In this document: positions 20,001-28,789 of the stretch, in pieces
Numbering within the stretch: the first letter of the stretch is position 1
How the letters are laid out: each line of letters begins with the position of its first letter
Origin: a virus
Reading direction: 5' to 3' (one strand)
DNA length: 61,197 nucleotides
Virus record (IMG/VR): IMGVR_UViG_3300012344_000003
Span: 1-61,197 of that record
The notes under the pieces: generated by a model
What the model was told of the DNA's origin: nothing
Seen by the model: only the letters and a program-made list of their open reading frames with translations
Database searches by the model: none
Translations under genes and position numbers: made by a program

Positions 20001-21318
20001 TCTTCGCCTTGTCAGTAGCATCGACTGTATGCTCCCACATAGTGAAGTGGCACTTGTGTGTCACCCCGTCATATTTCTGTATTGAGTCAGTGCACTTAAT
20101 CTGCACCCTCTGGAAGTATATATGCTCATCATCGTAGCCAAAATAATGGTCAACATCGTAGTCCCATGAGCCAGAAGCAAGTACTGTGCCACTAGGCTTT
20201 GTGACCGTAAGCCCATCAGTATTAAGCCAGTCTGCATAGGCATTCACACCAAACCACATAGGCACAGCCTGGTCAAGCAGCTGCCTGTTCCTGTCAGACG
20301 CTCCACCTGAGTACTCCGGAAGGTTCCTGTACAGCTTGTCAGATACAGCAGGAGCAGTGTTCTCAGGGTCATACATGCTGAAAGACCACTTATTTATATT
20401 GTAGCTCTCTGATGACTGTGTATTGACAACCTTTGAGCTGTTACTATTTGTCATGCCTGAGAAGAATGGCACAAAGTCCTGTGTATATACGACCATATTA
20501 TCATAGAACACAAGTGGCACTGTAAAAGACAAATGCACCTCACCGTCCCCACCAGGAACAGCTGCATAGTAGTCAGTCATCCTTGTACCATTACTGTCCT
20601 CAATCCAGAACTGACTGCCATTATAATAGCAGTTGAACTGTGAGTCAGTCCATAGTGTCCTGTAGTCCGGAGTATCTGCTTTTCCAAAGTTCTTATACAA
20701 GCTGAACGAGCCTAGCAGGTACTCACCATTATACAAGTCCCCAGGAACGCCAAGCCCTGCAAAGCCAATCTGTATCTGCGAGGCTTTGTCCTGCAGCTTT
20801 ATCTCAATAGAGTAGTCAGTATTCTGCACAGAAGAAACAAGGACAATATCCGCGCTCCCGTCCTTCTTTGATACTGTCCCCTTAACTGAGTCATACTCAA
20901 GGACAAAGGGTTTTCCAGATATACTGCCACTTACCTCTGGGTTGACACCTGTGCTGACATCCACATCTGATGCAGTTGAGCTCTTTATGCTGCTCTTATT
21001 ATTATAGAAAACAGATGATACAAGGTACATGTCCTTGTCACGGATACCCAGCTTATATGTCGGGTTACCATTCACATAGCTCTTTGTGACTATATATGAG
21101 CCTGCTTCTACCTGTGCCTCGTTAACCTTGAACTGGTAAACATCGTTTCCTGCAGCCCAGCCGTCATGCTCAAAGCGCATTGATGTCGGGAGATACTTAC
21201 CCTGGTATTTCTGCCTGTTATGCTGGAACTTAGGCTGCTGCACACTGACAAGCATGTCTGATGAATGTACGTCAAGCCCTGAGTCCAATGGTATATTTGT
21301 CTTCTGTCCGCCTTCCAT
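14089..21318 (-). CDS. Giant virion-associated protein, 2409 aa, function unknown
   Basis: Uninterrupted 7.2-kb ORF immediately after the portal gene. N-terminal ~1300 aa look beta-rich (Y/N/S/T/D). Hydrophobic Gly-rich cluster at nt ~16370-16960 (ALGGAGWVFGGPAGGGGTISSIGAMAAQVAYLAAITL). Confidence 0.85.
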   Translation of the reverse strand: MEGGQKTNIPLDSGLDVHSSDMLVSVQQPKFQHNRQKYQGKYLPTSMRFEHDGWAAGNDVYQFKVNEAQVEAGSYIVTKSYVNGNPTYKLGIRDKDMYLVSSVFYNNKSSIKSSTASDVDVSTGVNPEVSGSISGKPFVLEYDSVKGTVSKKDGSADIVLVSSVQNTDYSIEIKLQDKASQIQIGFAGLGVPGDLYNGEYLLGSFSLYKNFGKADTPDYRTLWTDSQFNCYYNGSQFWIEDSNGTRMTDYYAAVPGGDGEVHLSFTVPLVFYDNMVVYTQDFVPFFSGMTNSNSSKVVNTQSSESYNINKWSFSMYDPENTAPAVSDKLYRNLPEYSGGASDRNRQLLDQAVPMWFGVNAYADWLNTDGLTVTKPSGTVLASGSWDYDVDHYFGYDDEHIYFQRVQIKCTDSIQKYDGVTHKCHFTMWEHTVDATDKAKISYHNNGFTVKFVFGIYENYDYITTDPYTGDHTNHHREHITTKEISVTLDSTYSYNDWGNIRDMFFDQHDDRTDIYLYYITVDNEVVWSVDDDHPVGSVMTWQGVTLDISGSKFWQSGGLTIVINSQKGCSIRDDSLVLKGQLSSLGPNISYNNHNIKIEDWTSSTGSARFIRCCMAHVLSELFIKSESLLTPSLDATVFQLNEIEPSASSNTLYYSELFRHKINSAFMSQGNLSLTINLCAKENSTYLFYTDNRSTDNSISVCPGHILYNDIKKVTDYEAGNISALSIAKSYIGVINIEYGLTINISAAAAQTSSETLFNYIQTADNIYAGELLSGNKFTEEYADQLQSDILWDFSGLPKFKVVLNPDSGRDIDQIQVTGQEIIVTADDKQVAKYNYDLASSIPDGTGVITNYLKSGYSIGMQLEYIDSYDPDIMLPVNAFHVKYTTSADYDLHFKGTKSLDSYLQLESFQNNIAVLVQPGRYKIEVNYSSSECGLYIWDSTEEKWGPAQDADEVFGDNYSFTLSSSDIRTIQAVLLGIYDPDNMEVVSITPSVIKAVVNGEEIAIDISSKGLFNKNIKSDVQFCYTRVNSPVLEDIPFANLESESEFQFLKQQWDTTNETENFWWIDKDNVLVLTKSHFVLRCKASAISGYDGVLIDDWNGDIFVDVKKWRRFDYLPSSVIKYIGTCAYRGDSAKFVTLSVSGSTLNIKVYDPLKDMSMVEYDVQFSKRELGTALNTSSDKIYTYSDLDYESAVSKAQISATCVDGNLILGVHVDNNFNQWALIIGSYVRVMQGYGYVGLNGSLTGGEIPAKYFSVQAGFSGVVQPLSKLSDRSYNISRLEELYQLTDMVVGTDSQQWYISKNIPSIVSHIEYNRGIFTAREIKLNNNYAVKYASSSYKAVNFSNYKLNVKDMKNILPDSNSVWNTALSFMGRPQIYFLEPKITIANYLQQTLGQAAYVHYNSTSISRNEDPAEESTAKNFSAESALEQSKETLQKAAILSDEVSFDRQSVKQTQNTKSPYSTVFTLFAAALVSALDWGQDKLQVNKNQNQSATSDTGNKYSQMFLQNVNSMAASDMLINALNPSETSEVTALKTLDMFYSTSDKQEINAGPGYTEHNFVAMCIAQSVTSMQAEFLQQRMMYLITALTFYQIKITNKAAEITAEAAKVLVSALGGAGWVFGGPAGGGGTISSIGAMAAQVAYLAAITLKQATDIALDLLPPVLEALSGGKLNSTVTMHLPKHIYDVEGKHKYGAKSECFRWPCFGVSSAQSITDESVEVVTQNKAWALNTDVGSPVNQMDSGQPDFVTDSVSSSLQKNFVGQVPYHIAMVKGKQSKVTLPNNMSYVIGAESILPANDFKNQNIGLPEPSFNKPNLHDYMLDQTWQLSVAAGGGYQMWVSCKDTKLIDGAFSNIVVNSQFCGVASPYTAIEVKTGIQKQYLRPWAITSNAIALNNSGINCCFEEKAYHAFDGYSQRIVNWLGSPGLNKEFFVRLHSFFVNDRFKRSNMVAASHYTGNFQSEPSMAMPGDMTNTLYVNFDTTDTESSRNSIDRAIIGEVLGIVRVAIPVFSEFVNTLPAAVKTTDSVPLAVIQGITGLVSNVRDLQSAYKMPVSVDFTIGKTVYRYTQEYICEVKKAVTSGAVDLQVIVPCLGLDFIGSTPYEAYLYSHNTKQYYIFSGGSSLQLVNMVERFRDVLHGRYDFVNQEVLMPCVATFLRLDKDVLDDNDETDNIIVPRLKGGDFAGEVSPPLETIFNTRSGFRTVSLPCGITYQGPNRCIINRFCFQDYMLQQVKDNYGKWKRVPREKYHPFRIYKDKYSQVDISVESNVRGWTHNPFLLVTAPLGISENVDCFFEWEITFCWPVEMDKLYGPDNYAVVNMQAECMTPGGKVVADRPVHIFLKKDLFTRTGNYGYYSFRYQGKCGAGNRERLHIWSDQYICVSGLQCEYKPMTERRTEILTIQADVQGMEEI

Positions 21319-21326
21319 AATGTCTC

Positions 21327-22988
21327 CTATAGATTCGCCTCACCATGAGCAACTGTGTCAATATAAGCGCTCACAAGGAACATGTGCACAGTATAAGGCA
21401 CCTCGATTCCAAGTGCCTCAAACTTGATGAGAGTAGCAGCTATTGTAAGCACTATCTCATGCGGGTCAATATAATATGGAAGTGTTTCCCACGTTATGCG
21501 GCCCTTGATTATGTCAAGTGTTGTCCTTGCAGTGGCAAGCCTCATATAGTCAATCTGATGCTGTTTGGCCTGCTCCTCATCACTCAGAGGGTCATTAACA
21601 TGTACAGGCTGCAGATTAATATAAGAACGCTCAGCGAGCGAAAGCATCGCCTCCCAGTCCACAGCCCTTCTGTCCGTAGTGAACTGTGGATACTTTGCAA
21701 AGAACTTAAAGTACAGCATAAGCGCATTCTTTATGAACTGTGCCATTCCTGACAGCTGCGCCTGGAACACACTGTCCCGTGTCTGGTCAAGAGCAATAAC
21801 TGCTGCAGCAGAGCGCATATTCTCCATATCAAATGAGGCATTCTGAATGCCAGCAAGCTCATACATAGCAGTCTTATAGTTTGTAATCTCTGCAGAAAGC
21901 TGTGGGTCAAGAGGCGTCGGATTAATTACTGTCATCAAGTCAGCAGTGCTGCGTGAAGAGTCAATATAAAGGCACTCACCAGCGCCATTTGTGATATTTT
22001 TCATGGCAATATCAACATCAGAATTGAACACAGGTACAGGTCCCTTGTACATGCGCACCATCTGCTGCAATTTAGCAGCAATCTTGTTCACTTCCCTCTG
22101 CAATGGGTAAAGCAGGTCAAACTCAGATGATGTAGTAACCTTAGAGAAGCCCGTATCCCACTGGAATGTAGTCAGCAGCACCTCATCAAAGTCATACTCA
22201 TGTGGAGGCAGTGTCCTGTTGTCAATAGTAACATACACCTTGTGCTCAGGACAGTTGAAATACATCTTGAAGTCAACACATGTCTTGCCATGCAGATGCT
22301 CAATAATCTCCTCTTTCTGCCCGTCATCACAATCAATAAGGTACTTAAGCGCCTCAGAAGAAGGGAAGCAGTAGTCCCGGTAAAGCATCTGCACTACCTG
22401 GTTCTTATTAAACTGGCTCTCAAACACACCTAACTCATAGTCATTCGCCTTTGTCAGCTTGCCAGTATACGGGTCAATAAATACATGTGAATAGCCAAGC
22501 ACAGCAGCATTATGGAACGCCTCGAGGCTTGTCCTGTTGAAGTCATCATTCCTTATGTACATACGGAGCACACGCTCGACCTCATCCTTGTACACAATGA
22601 ACTCAAAGCTCTGGTCCTCAGATATAATCATAGGCACAAATGTGATAGTGCCGAGCCTAGATGTAATCTGGTCAATAATCTGCTTCAGATAATTGAACTG
22701 CATACCAGTACCTGTGTCAGACCTCTCCTGGTCCAACGCAGTGAATGGCTGCACATTATATGAGGCATTCGCCCAGTCAGAAGCCTTGAGCGACGGGAAC
22801 ATCTTGTTATAGAAGGCGCAGACCTTGAGGAACTCCCTTGAGTACTTGCCCTCTATTATACTATTAAGCCTGTGGAAGTCTGAGCTTATCTCTTCTGGAA
22901 TCTCCCAGTCATCGGACTTCTCGCCGGGATAAAGTGTAGGGCGGAACTCCCTGTTGACCTTGTCCTGCGCCCAGTTTATTAAATCCAT
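21327..22988 (-). CDS. Portal protein (candidate)
   Basis: 553 aa, position between the terminase block and the virion proteins; call based on size and position only. Confidence 0.6.
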   Translation of the reverse strand: MDLINWAQDKVNREFRPTLYPGEKSDDWEIPEEISSDFHRLNSIIEGKYSREFLKVCAFYNKMFPSLKASDWANASYNVQPFTALDQERSDTGTGMQFNYLKQIIDQITSRLGTITFVPMIISEDQSFEFIVYKDEVERVLRMYIRNDDFNRTSLEAFHNAAVLGYSHVFIDPYTGKLTKANDYELGVFESQFNKNQVVQMLYRDYCFPSSEALKYLIDCDDGQKEEIIEHLHGKTCVDFKMYFNCPEHKVYVTIDNRTLPPHEYDFDEVLLTTFQWDTGFSKVTTSSEFDLLYPLQREVNKIAAKLQQMVRMYKGPVPVFNSDVDIAMKNITNGAGECLYIDSSRSTADLMTVINPTPLDPQLSAEITNYKTAMYELAGIQNASFDMENMRSAAAVIALDQTRDSVFQAQLSGMAQFIKNALMLYFKFFAKYPQFTTDRRAVDWEAMLSLAERSYINLQPVHVNDPLSDEEQAKQHQIDYMRLATARTTLDIIKGRITWETLPYYIDPHEIVLTIAATLIKFEALGIEVPYTVHMFLVSAYIDTVAHGEANL

Positions 22989-22990
22989 AG

Positions 22991-23329
22991 CTACCTCGTG
23001 TTATGGCGCATGATGAAGTCCTCCACAGCAGCAGAGTCATCAAGCCTGTTAAAAATATCTGTGTCAGCAGACAGCTGCACATTTGAATCAGCCCTAGCTG
23101 CCTGGTCATAGGTCAGCCGGAGCTTCACACCATTCTTATCTGTTATCTCGAGCTGCACTCCATGCCCAAGGCTCTTGCCAGCCTTGACAAGGAGCATGGA
23201 CAGGAAGTCAATGCTCCATGACTGCTTCTCAAGAAGGCGGAGCGCCTTGCGGCGCCTAGCCTGCTCATAGTGTATATCTATGAGCTTCCTGAGCAGTGTG
23301 GGCTCCTTCTCTTTCCGGGCCTTACTCAT
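22991..23329 (-). CDS. Hypothetical protein
   Basis: 112 aa from ATG 23329 (MSKARKEKE), overlapping the upstream stop by 8 nt; the ORF track starts it at 23371. Confidence 0.5.
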   Translation of the reverse strand: MSKARKEKEPTLLRKLIDIHYEQARRRKALRLLEKQSWSIDFLSMLLVKAGKSLGHGVQLEITDKNGVKLRLTYDQAARADSNVQLSADTDIFNRLDDSAAVEDFIMRHNTR

Positions 23330-26207
23330 CTTCGTCCGTCCTTTCAAAGTCGCTAACCTCAGGCAGCACATCTATATCATACGTCTCAGGGTTTGACAGG
23401 CCAATCTTGTCAAGGAGCAGCTTCAGGAACGCCTCCTTCCTCTCCTTTGCGTCTTTTCCTGCACGTATATACTTTGAGCGGCTCATGAGACTTGTCAAGT
23501 CTTCCTTGGACATCGGATAGTCCCTGTCAAGGCCAAGGTGCTCAGCTGCCTTAGCCGGGTCTTTGAGGTCAGCATATACAGATTTGATAAGGTTCTGGTA
23601 GCTCTTGTAAAGCGCCTTGTTATCTGCAAGGGCAGCAGCGGCGTCCTCAGCGCGCTTCCTGTCCTCCTCATTGCCACCATACTTGTTGAAGCTGTCCACA
23701 ATCTTGTTATAAATCTTTGCATTGTCAGCCATCTGCTGGTTGGACAAGCCTCCCCTTTCCTGGAAGTCATTTATAGCCATAATGCGGTCAGATGCAAGTG
23801 CCTGTTTCTGTGCCTCAATTGCACGTGCAAGTATAGCCATTCTATATGCATTGAAGCTTTCAGTGTCAATTGAGCCGTCCTCACGGCGGAACCTGCTAAG
23901 CCTGTCTCTTCTAGGCACCTGCAGGCCCTCTTCTGCATATGCTTTAGGCAGGTAGCTTGTATCAATGACAAGGCGCGGCACCATTACAGGGTTGCCATCC
24001 TTGTCAAGTACAGGCTGCTTTGTTACAGGGTCATATTTAGGGCGCTTTACGAAGTCAGTCATGACAGTGCCGAGCCTGTTCCTTCCGATTATGTCGTCAA
24101 GCTCCTTGAGGCCGAACTCAGACAGAGCGTCATATACCTCATCACCGCCAGCATTCTCATAAAGCTGCCTGAACCTGTCAGCCATATTCTTTCCAGGCTT
24201 AGGCAGATAACTAAAGATACTCTTATTACCATACTCAGTACTAGGGTCAACATTGGCAGAAGTACCAAGGACAAGGCCCTCACCTACACCTGTCTGTGGA
24301 TGAGGCGGGCGGCGGTACACATCAAGCTCCTGCTTGTCCTTACCAAACAGCTCACTAAGCAGGCCCTTCATATCATCTTCCTTGAAGATGTCATTCACAT
24401 TGCCAAGAGGGTTGACCTCCATGTCATCACCCTCACCTGTAATAGTATACAGGTTGCCTTCCCGGTCCATCTTGAAGTCCTGCGGCAAAGTATTATACAA
24501 ATCAAAACGGTTCTGAGCATCATCAAACAGCGCAGCCTTGTCCAGGTAGCCCTTCATTTTCTCATGCTTCTCAATCATGTCACGGAGCCGCTGCGCAGTG
24601 AAAGCATTATTATAGCGCACATCATCACGTATCTCACTGCGACGCTCACCTATGAGTTTCTTCTTGGCCCATTCAACCGCCTCAGCTTGGTTCATAGGAT
24701 TATCACTGCGAAGGTTCTCAAGCTGCCGGCCGACAGCCTCCTTTGTCATCCTGTTCTCAGACTTGGAAGCCGCCTCTTCAAGATATTTCTCAACAGCAGC
24801 CCTCATCGCCTTTGAATCTTTATTCTTATACGCCTCAAGGAACTCCTTCTTGGCGTCAAGAATATCCTGGCGGTTGTCCCTGAGCAAATTGTCCTGCATC
24901 ATCTGCATATACTCAGGATAGCGCATGTTCATATCATGTGCAGCCATTACAAACTCATTATGGTTCTTCTTGTACAGAAGAGGGTTGTTATGGTAGACTG
25001 AGTTCAGGTCATAATAGTCCTTGGCATAATTACCACCAGGGCCCTCAAAGTCCTTCACATCCATGCCTGACATGAGCTTAGGAAGTGGAGTGTCAGAAAA
25101 GTCCAGCGAGCCCCAAGCCTTAGGGTATCTGTTCTGCAGGTCATTAGCAGAGATACTTTCACCAGTAGCACGGTTAGTGCCAGTGTATGTCATGCTGACA
25201 GGCTCATCACCAGCCCAGTCCTTGATAGCATGTTTAACTTCACCAAGCTGGTCGAACGGCACAAGCAGCGCCTGCGACTGTCCATTCGAAGAAATGAGCA
25301 CTGGGAACACACCCTTGCCCGCTGTGTCTGTCGAGAAGTCAACAATCACATTGGCATTACCCTCAAATGGCACAGTTATGCCGTCCCTTGAGAACGCAGC
25401 CTTTTTCTCGTTGAACTCCTTCTCTTTCTGGGCATGTTTCTCGCCGTACTCCATTGCACGCGCGTTTTTCTCGGACTCTACCTCCTCATCAGTAGGTATA
25501 TACCAGAAAGCGCCAGTATCACGGTCATAGAGCTGCTTCTTGAGGTCCGCCATCTGCTCAAGCTCATCAGCAGTCATCTGTGGACCCGGGTTCACCTTAT
25601 ATTTGCTCTTGCGTTGCTTCTTGTCAAGTGGCTTGTACTTGTCAAGCAGGCCTTTCACTTTCAAAGCCTGCTGCTGTCCAGTTGTGAGTTTGTCGCCTTC
25701 CTTGGCCTTATATTCATCAGCCCACTGCAGGTCAATAGGGCTTACCTTTCTTCTCTTCTTCTCAGTATAGCCTGACGGAGCGCTCTCATCCTTGACAAGC
25801 ACACGGCGGCCAGTCTTACCGGTAGCAATCATTCCGCCATTATCGAGCTTCTCTTTTATGCCAGTATTACGCTCCTCATCTTCTGGCTTCTCCTCTTTAC
25901 CAGATACAAGGCCTGTAACACCATTTGCATCTGTCTCCCCATCATATTTCTTCCCCTGCACTTCATTCAGCACATCCTCAGCCTCAGCAGTACGCTCACC
26001 GCCCTTCTTGGCCTTGTCCATGGCAGCGTTCACTGTCCTTGTCTTCTTGTTGACAGGCAGGTTCTTCTGCATAGCAGAGAGACCTCCGTTCTGCTCAGCC
26101 TCAAGCTGCGCCTGAAGGTTCTCACGTGTCTGCTTCAGTACCTCTGAAGAGACACCTGCCATCTGCATCATGCTCAGGGTGTTGTCAATCTGTTCCTGTG
26201 TAAGCAT
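23322..26207 (-). CDS. Large hypothetical protein between terminase and portal
   Basis: 961 aa; start moved to ATG 26207 (GGAGG 5 nt upstream) because the ORF-track start 26219 is a TTG inside the SD; no motif recognised. Confidence 0.7.
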   Translation of the reverse strand: MLTQEQIDNTLSMMQMAGVSSEVLKQTRENLQAQLEAEQNGGLSAMQKNLPVNKKTRTVNAAMDKAKKGGERTAEAEDVLNEVQGKKYDGETDANGVTGLVSGKEEKPEDEERNTGIKEKLDNGGMIATGKTGRRVLVKDESAPSGYTEKKRRKVSPIDLQWADEYKAKEGDKLTTGQQQALKVKGLLDKYKPLDKKQRKSKYKVNPGPQMTADELEQMADLKKQLYDRDTGAFWYIPTDEEVESEKNARAMEYGEKHAQKEKEFNEKKAAFSRDGITVPFEGNANVIVDFSTDTAGKGVFPVLISSNGQSQALLVPFDQLGEVKHAIKDWAGDEPVSMTYTGTNRATGESISANDLQNRYPKAWGSLDFSDTPLPKLMSGMDVKDFEGPGGNYAKDYYDLNSVYHNNPLLYKKNHNEFVMAAHDMNMRYPEYMQMMQDNLLRDNRQDILDAKKEFLEAYKNKDSKAMRAAVEKYLEEAASKSENRMTKEAVGRQLENLRSDNPMNQAEAVEWAKKKLIGERRSEIRDDVRYNNAFTAQRLRDMIEKHEKMKGYLDKAALFDDAQNRFDLYNTLPQDFKMDREGNLYTITGEGDDMEVNPLGNVNDIFKEDDMKGLLSELFGKDKQELDVYRRPPHPQTGVGEGLVLGTSANVDPSTEYGNKSIFSYLPKPGKNMADRFRQLYENAGGDEVYDALSEFGLKELDDIIGRNRLGTVMTDFVKRPKYDPVTKQPVLDKDGNPVMVPRLVIDTSYLPKAYAEEGLQVPRRDRLSRFRREDGSIDTESFNAYRMAILARAIEAQKQALASDRIMAINDFQERGGLSNQQMADNAKIYNKIVDSFNKYGGNEEDRKRAEDAAAALADNKALYKSYQNLIKSVYADLKDPAKAAEHLGLDRDYPMSKEDLTSLMSRSKYIRAGKDAKERKEAFLKLLLDKIGLSNPETYDIDVLPEVSDFERTDEDE

Positions 26208-26255
26208 CTTGTCCTCCAATCTCTATTATCAGACTGCTTAGAGCAATCTATATTG

Positions 26256-28247
26256 CTAAATTCCTATTGCATTCCACAATGCATATCGCATAGCAGGCAG
26301 CAAGTCAGGATGGTAGGCCTTCATGTCTACCTCTGCGTATACCTCACCATTAGGCCCACGCTTCATGATAGTTGACAAAGCCTCATGCTCTGTCTTGCCA
26401 TCGGCAATGAGCAGTAGTCCGCCAGTACGTAGCAAGTCACGTATCTTGTCAAACATAATCACCTTGTCAGTCTTATGTGCATTGGCAATGTTCAGGTCAA
26501 GCTCCTTCTTGCTGCCTGTCTGCTCATCTACATAAGGCATCTTCACATTGATATTCATATAATCTGTGAGGTGCTGGTCATTGTCATCAGCATCCCAGAA
26601 AATGTGCTTGTTTGCCTCTTTCTTGGTCATTGATGGGAAGTAGTCTAGTGCATATTCCCATGCTTTCTTTACCTGCTGCGAGAGGTACTCAAGCTGGGAC
26701 ACTGTCCTGTCCTTTATGTCCAGGCGGTTGAACTTGTCCTCCCAGAACACATATCCACGCTTCTCATCGTCATTCCATGCGATACCGATAAGTGTGTCAT
26801 TATCACCGACACCATAGTCAATGCCGAAGAACACACGCGTAACAGGTATATTTGGAAGTGCCTCACGCGGATTGTAAGTATGAAACTCCGGATAAAGGAG
26901 CAGGTCATCATCATATGCCCATTCACCATTGTACTCACGGCGGGCAAAGCTACTCGACCAGTCAAGGCCCTTGTCAGCAAGCACCTTGTCAACGAACTCC
27001 TTTCTCTTGTCCAAATCAACAGGATGAGGATTGTCCCTCCATGTCCATGAGAAGTGCGGCACGTCCCAGCTCTTCCATACCTGCTCGCCATAAGTGCCTT
27101 TTACCTTTGGTGGTGTACCAGCGCAGACGAACATATAGTCATCTGCATAGTCCATCTGCATAGGCTCAAGAACCTCACGCTGCATGTACTCAAGCAGCTC
27201 ACTCTTCAAGTGGAAGAACTCGTCTATTACAATTACCTTCGCAGCCTTACCACGAATCTGGTCCGGGTCCTTTGTGTTCGACAGGCCTCTTATCAATATG
27301 TTTGAGCCATTGTCAAAATGCTTCCAGTCAAAGCGCATGCCCCTCTTGTTCTTGAGCTGGCACACATCGATGATGTCCTGCGCCGCCTTGTTGACGAGCG
27401 CCTCAGAGAGCTCCATAGTCTCTCCGATATACATTACCTGCGTGCGCGGCTTGCGCAGACACTCAATCATAAGAAGCGCAACAAGCAAATGTGTCTTTCC
27501 AGCACGGCGAGAGCAGCAGATGAGCTTTGTTCCATTTCCAGAGTTCAATACTTCAAGCTGCTTGTCGAACAGCGTCTTTATAATGGCATAGATATTATAT
27601 GCATTGTCATAGTCATACTCAACCTGCTTTGTCTCAGCCGGACGGCCGTCAACACGGTCATGCAGGTAAATGGCAAGGCGTGTGCCGCCCTTCAGTGCGC
27701 GTGCATACATAGCACGCTCGAGTGTGTCCTTGCGGTTCTCACCATCCTTCCTGTATGTGATTGCAAGGTCAGACACCTTCTCAAGCTGCTCCTTTGCCTC
27801 CCTCACCCTTACTTCTATGAGCTTTGTCTGGTTCTTTGACACAGCGTAGCGCTCAACCTCACCGTCCTCACCAGGCATCTCCAAGCCACCTGTAATTGAG
27901 GCACTTGTCAGTAGGTTGTTCCAGTTCGCATAGCTGTTCTCTGCCACACGCAAAGCATATTGCGGGTCATCCTGTACGAATTCCTGCAGTGTCATATTCT
28001 TTGAGCGAGCCACTTCATATACTGAGTCAAACTGTGGCAGAAGCTCAAAGTGCTTGCTATTCTTTACTGGCAGCCTATCATCTGCAGACGGAGAAAAGAG
28101 CATCTTGCGGATGCCAGCTGAAAGTGTCTCTGTCTTGCGGAGGTCATCCTGCTGCTTTGCAACATCCCTGTTGTCCTCTGAGAACTTCCCCCATCCGTCA
28201 TCATCATTTATAATCAAGCTATCTGCGCTCTGAATGTCCTGCATCAC
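26256..28247 (-). CDS. terL: Terminase large subunit
   Basis: 663 aa; Walker A CSRRAGKT, Walker B KVIVIDEF, RNaseH-like nuclease start FFGIDYGVGDNDT. Confidence 0.9.
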   Translation of the reverse strand: MMQDIQSADSLIINDDDGWGKFSEDNRDVAKQQDDLRKTETLSAGIRKMLFSPSADDRLPVKNSKHFELLPQFDSVYEVARSKNMTLQEFVQDDPQYALRVAENSYANWNNLLTSASITGGLEMPGEDGEVERYAVSKNQTKLIEVRVREAKEQLEKVSDLAITYRKDGENRKDTLERAMYARALKGGTRLAIYLHDRVDGRPAETKQVEYDYDNAYNIYAIIKTLFDKQLEVLNSGNGTKLICCSRRAGKTHLLVALLMIECLRKPRTQVMYIGETMELSEALVNKAAQDIIDVCQLKNKRGMRFDWKHFDNGSNILIRGLSNTKDPDQIRGKAAKVIVIDEFFHLKSELLEYMQREVLEPMQMDYADDYMFVCAGTPPKVKGTYGEQVWKSWDVPHFSWTWRDNPHPVDLDKRKEFVDKVLADKGLDWSSSFARREYNGEWAYDDDLLLYPEFHTYNPREALPNIPVTRVFFGIDYGVGDNDTLIGIAWNDDEKRGYVFWEDKFNRLDIKDRTVSQLEYLSQQVKKAWEYALDYFPSMTKKEANKHIFWDADDNDQHLTDYMNINVKMPYVDEQTGSKKELDLNIANAHKTDKVIMFDKIRDLLRTGGLLLIADGKTEHEALSTIMKRGPNGEVYAEVDMKAYHPDLLPAMRYALWNAIGI

Positions 28248-28783
28248 TCAACCACCTCTATATAGCCAACCTGCTTCAGGAGGTCTCTTACAGCCTCCGA
28301 TTTGTCAACAGGCACTTTTATCTTGATAAGCTCATAGCTCTTCGGCTTAGGCATCCTGTTCTGCTTTGGCTTTGTGTACAGGAACTTGATAGCTGGCGCC
28401 TTGTACTCAGGAATCTTCTGGCAGAACCTCACAGCACCTTCCTTGTTTATCTTTCCATAGGAAGATGTAATCTGCAGCAAAGACTTCCTAGCCTGCGCCT
28501 CGTCCTCTGCCTTGATATAAAGGACTGGAAGCGGCTGCTCAGCTACTGTTTTATCCTGCAAAGCTATTTCTGTTAATGCTGCAAGCCGTCCATGGCCGTC
28601 CAAAAGTACATTAAGACCATCTGGGTTATGCCATACAGCGAAAGGCATAATCAGGCCATCAGACAAAATACTGTCTGCAAGCGCCTTGATGTCTTTAGGA
28701 GTGCGCTTCTTAAGGTCACCCTGGAACTCAGTCATTCCGCCCAAAGTAAGAGTGTCCGGTGTCTCACATAAGATTTTAACCAT
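28244..28783 (-). CDS. ParB-like nuclease-domain protein occupying the small-terminase position
   Basis: 179 aa from ATG 28783 (GGAGG 7 nt upstream); ParB N-terminal-like motif VLLDGHGRLAAL; overlaps the terL start by 4 nt; first gene of the minus arm. Confidence 0.55.
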   Translation of the reverse strand: MVKILCETPDTLTLGGMTEFQGDLKKRTPKDIKALADSILSDGLIMPFAVWHNPDGLNVLLDGHGRLAALTEIALQDKTVAEQPLPVLYIKAEDEAQARKSLLQITSSYGKINKEGAVRFCQKIPEYKAPAIKFLYTKPKQNRMPKPKSYELIKIKVPVDKSEAVRDLLKQVGYIEVVE

Positions 28784-28789
28784 TTTCAA

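Noticed and set aside
20149-20163. DYDVD (DxDxD) string in the giant protein as evidence for a virion RNA polymerase
   Set aside because: A five-residue pattern in a 2409-aa D-rich protein is expected by chance, and I could see no surrounding double-psi beta-barrel signature. I kept it only as a hypothesis to test under the giant-protein finding.
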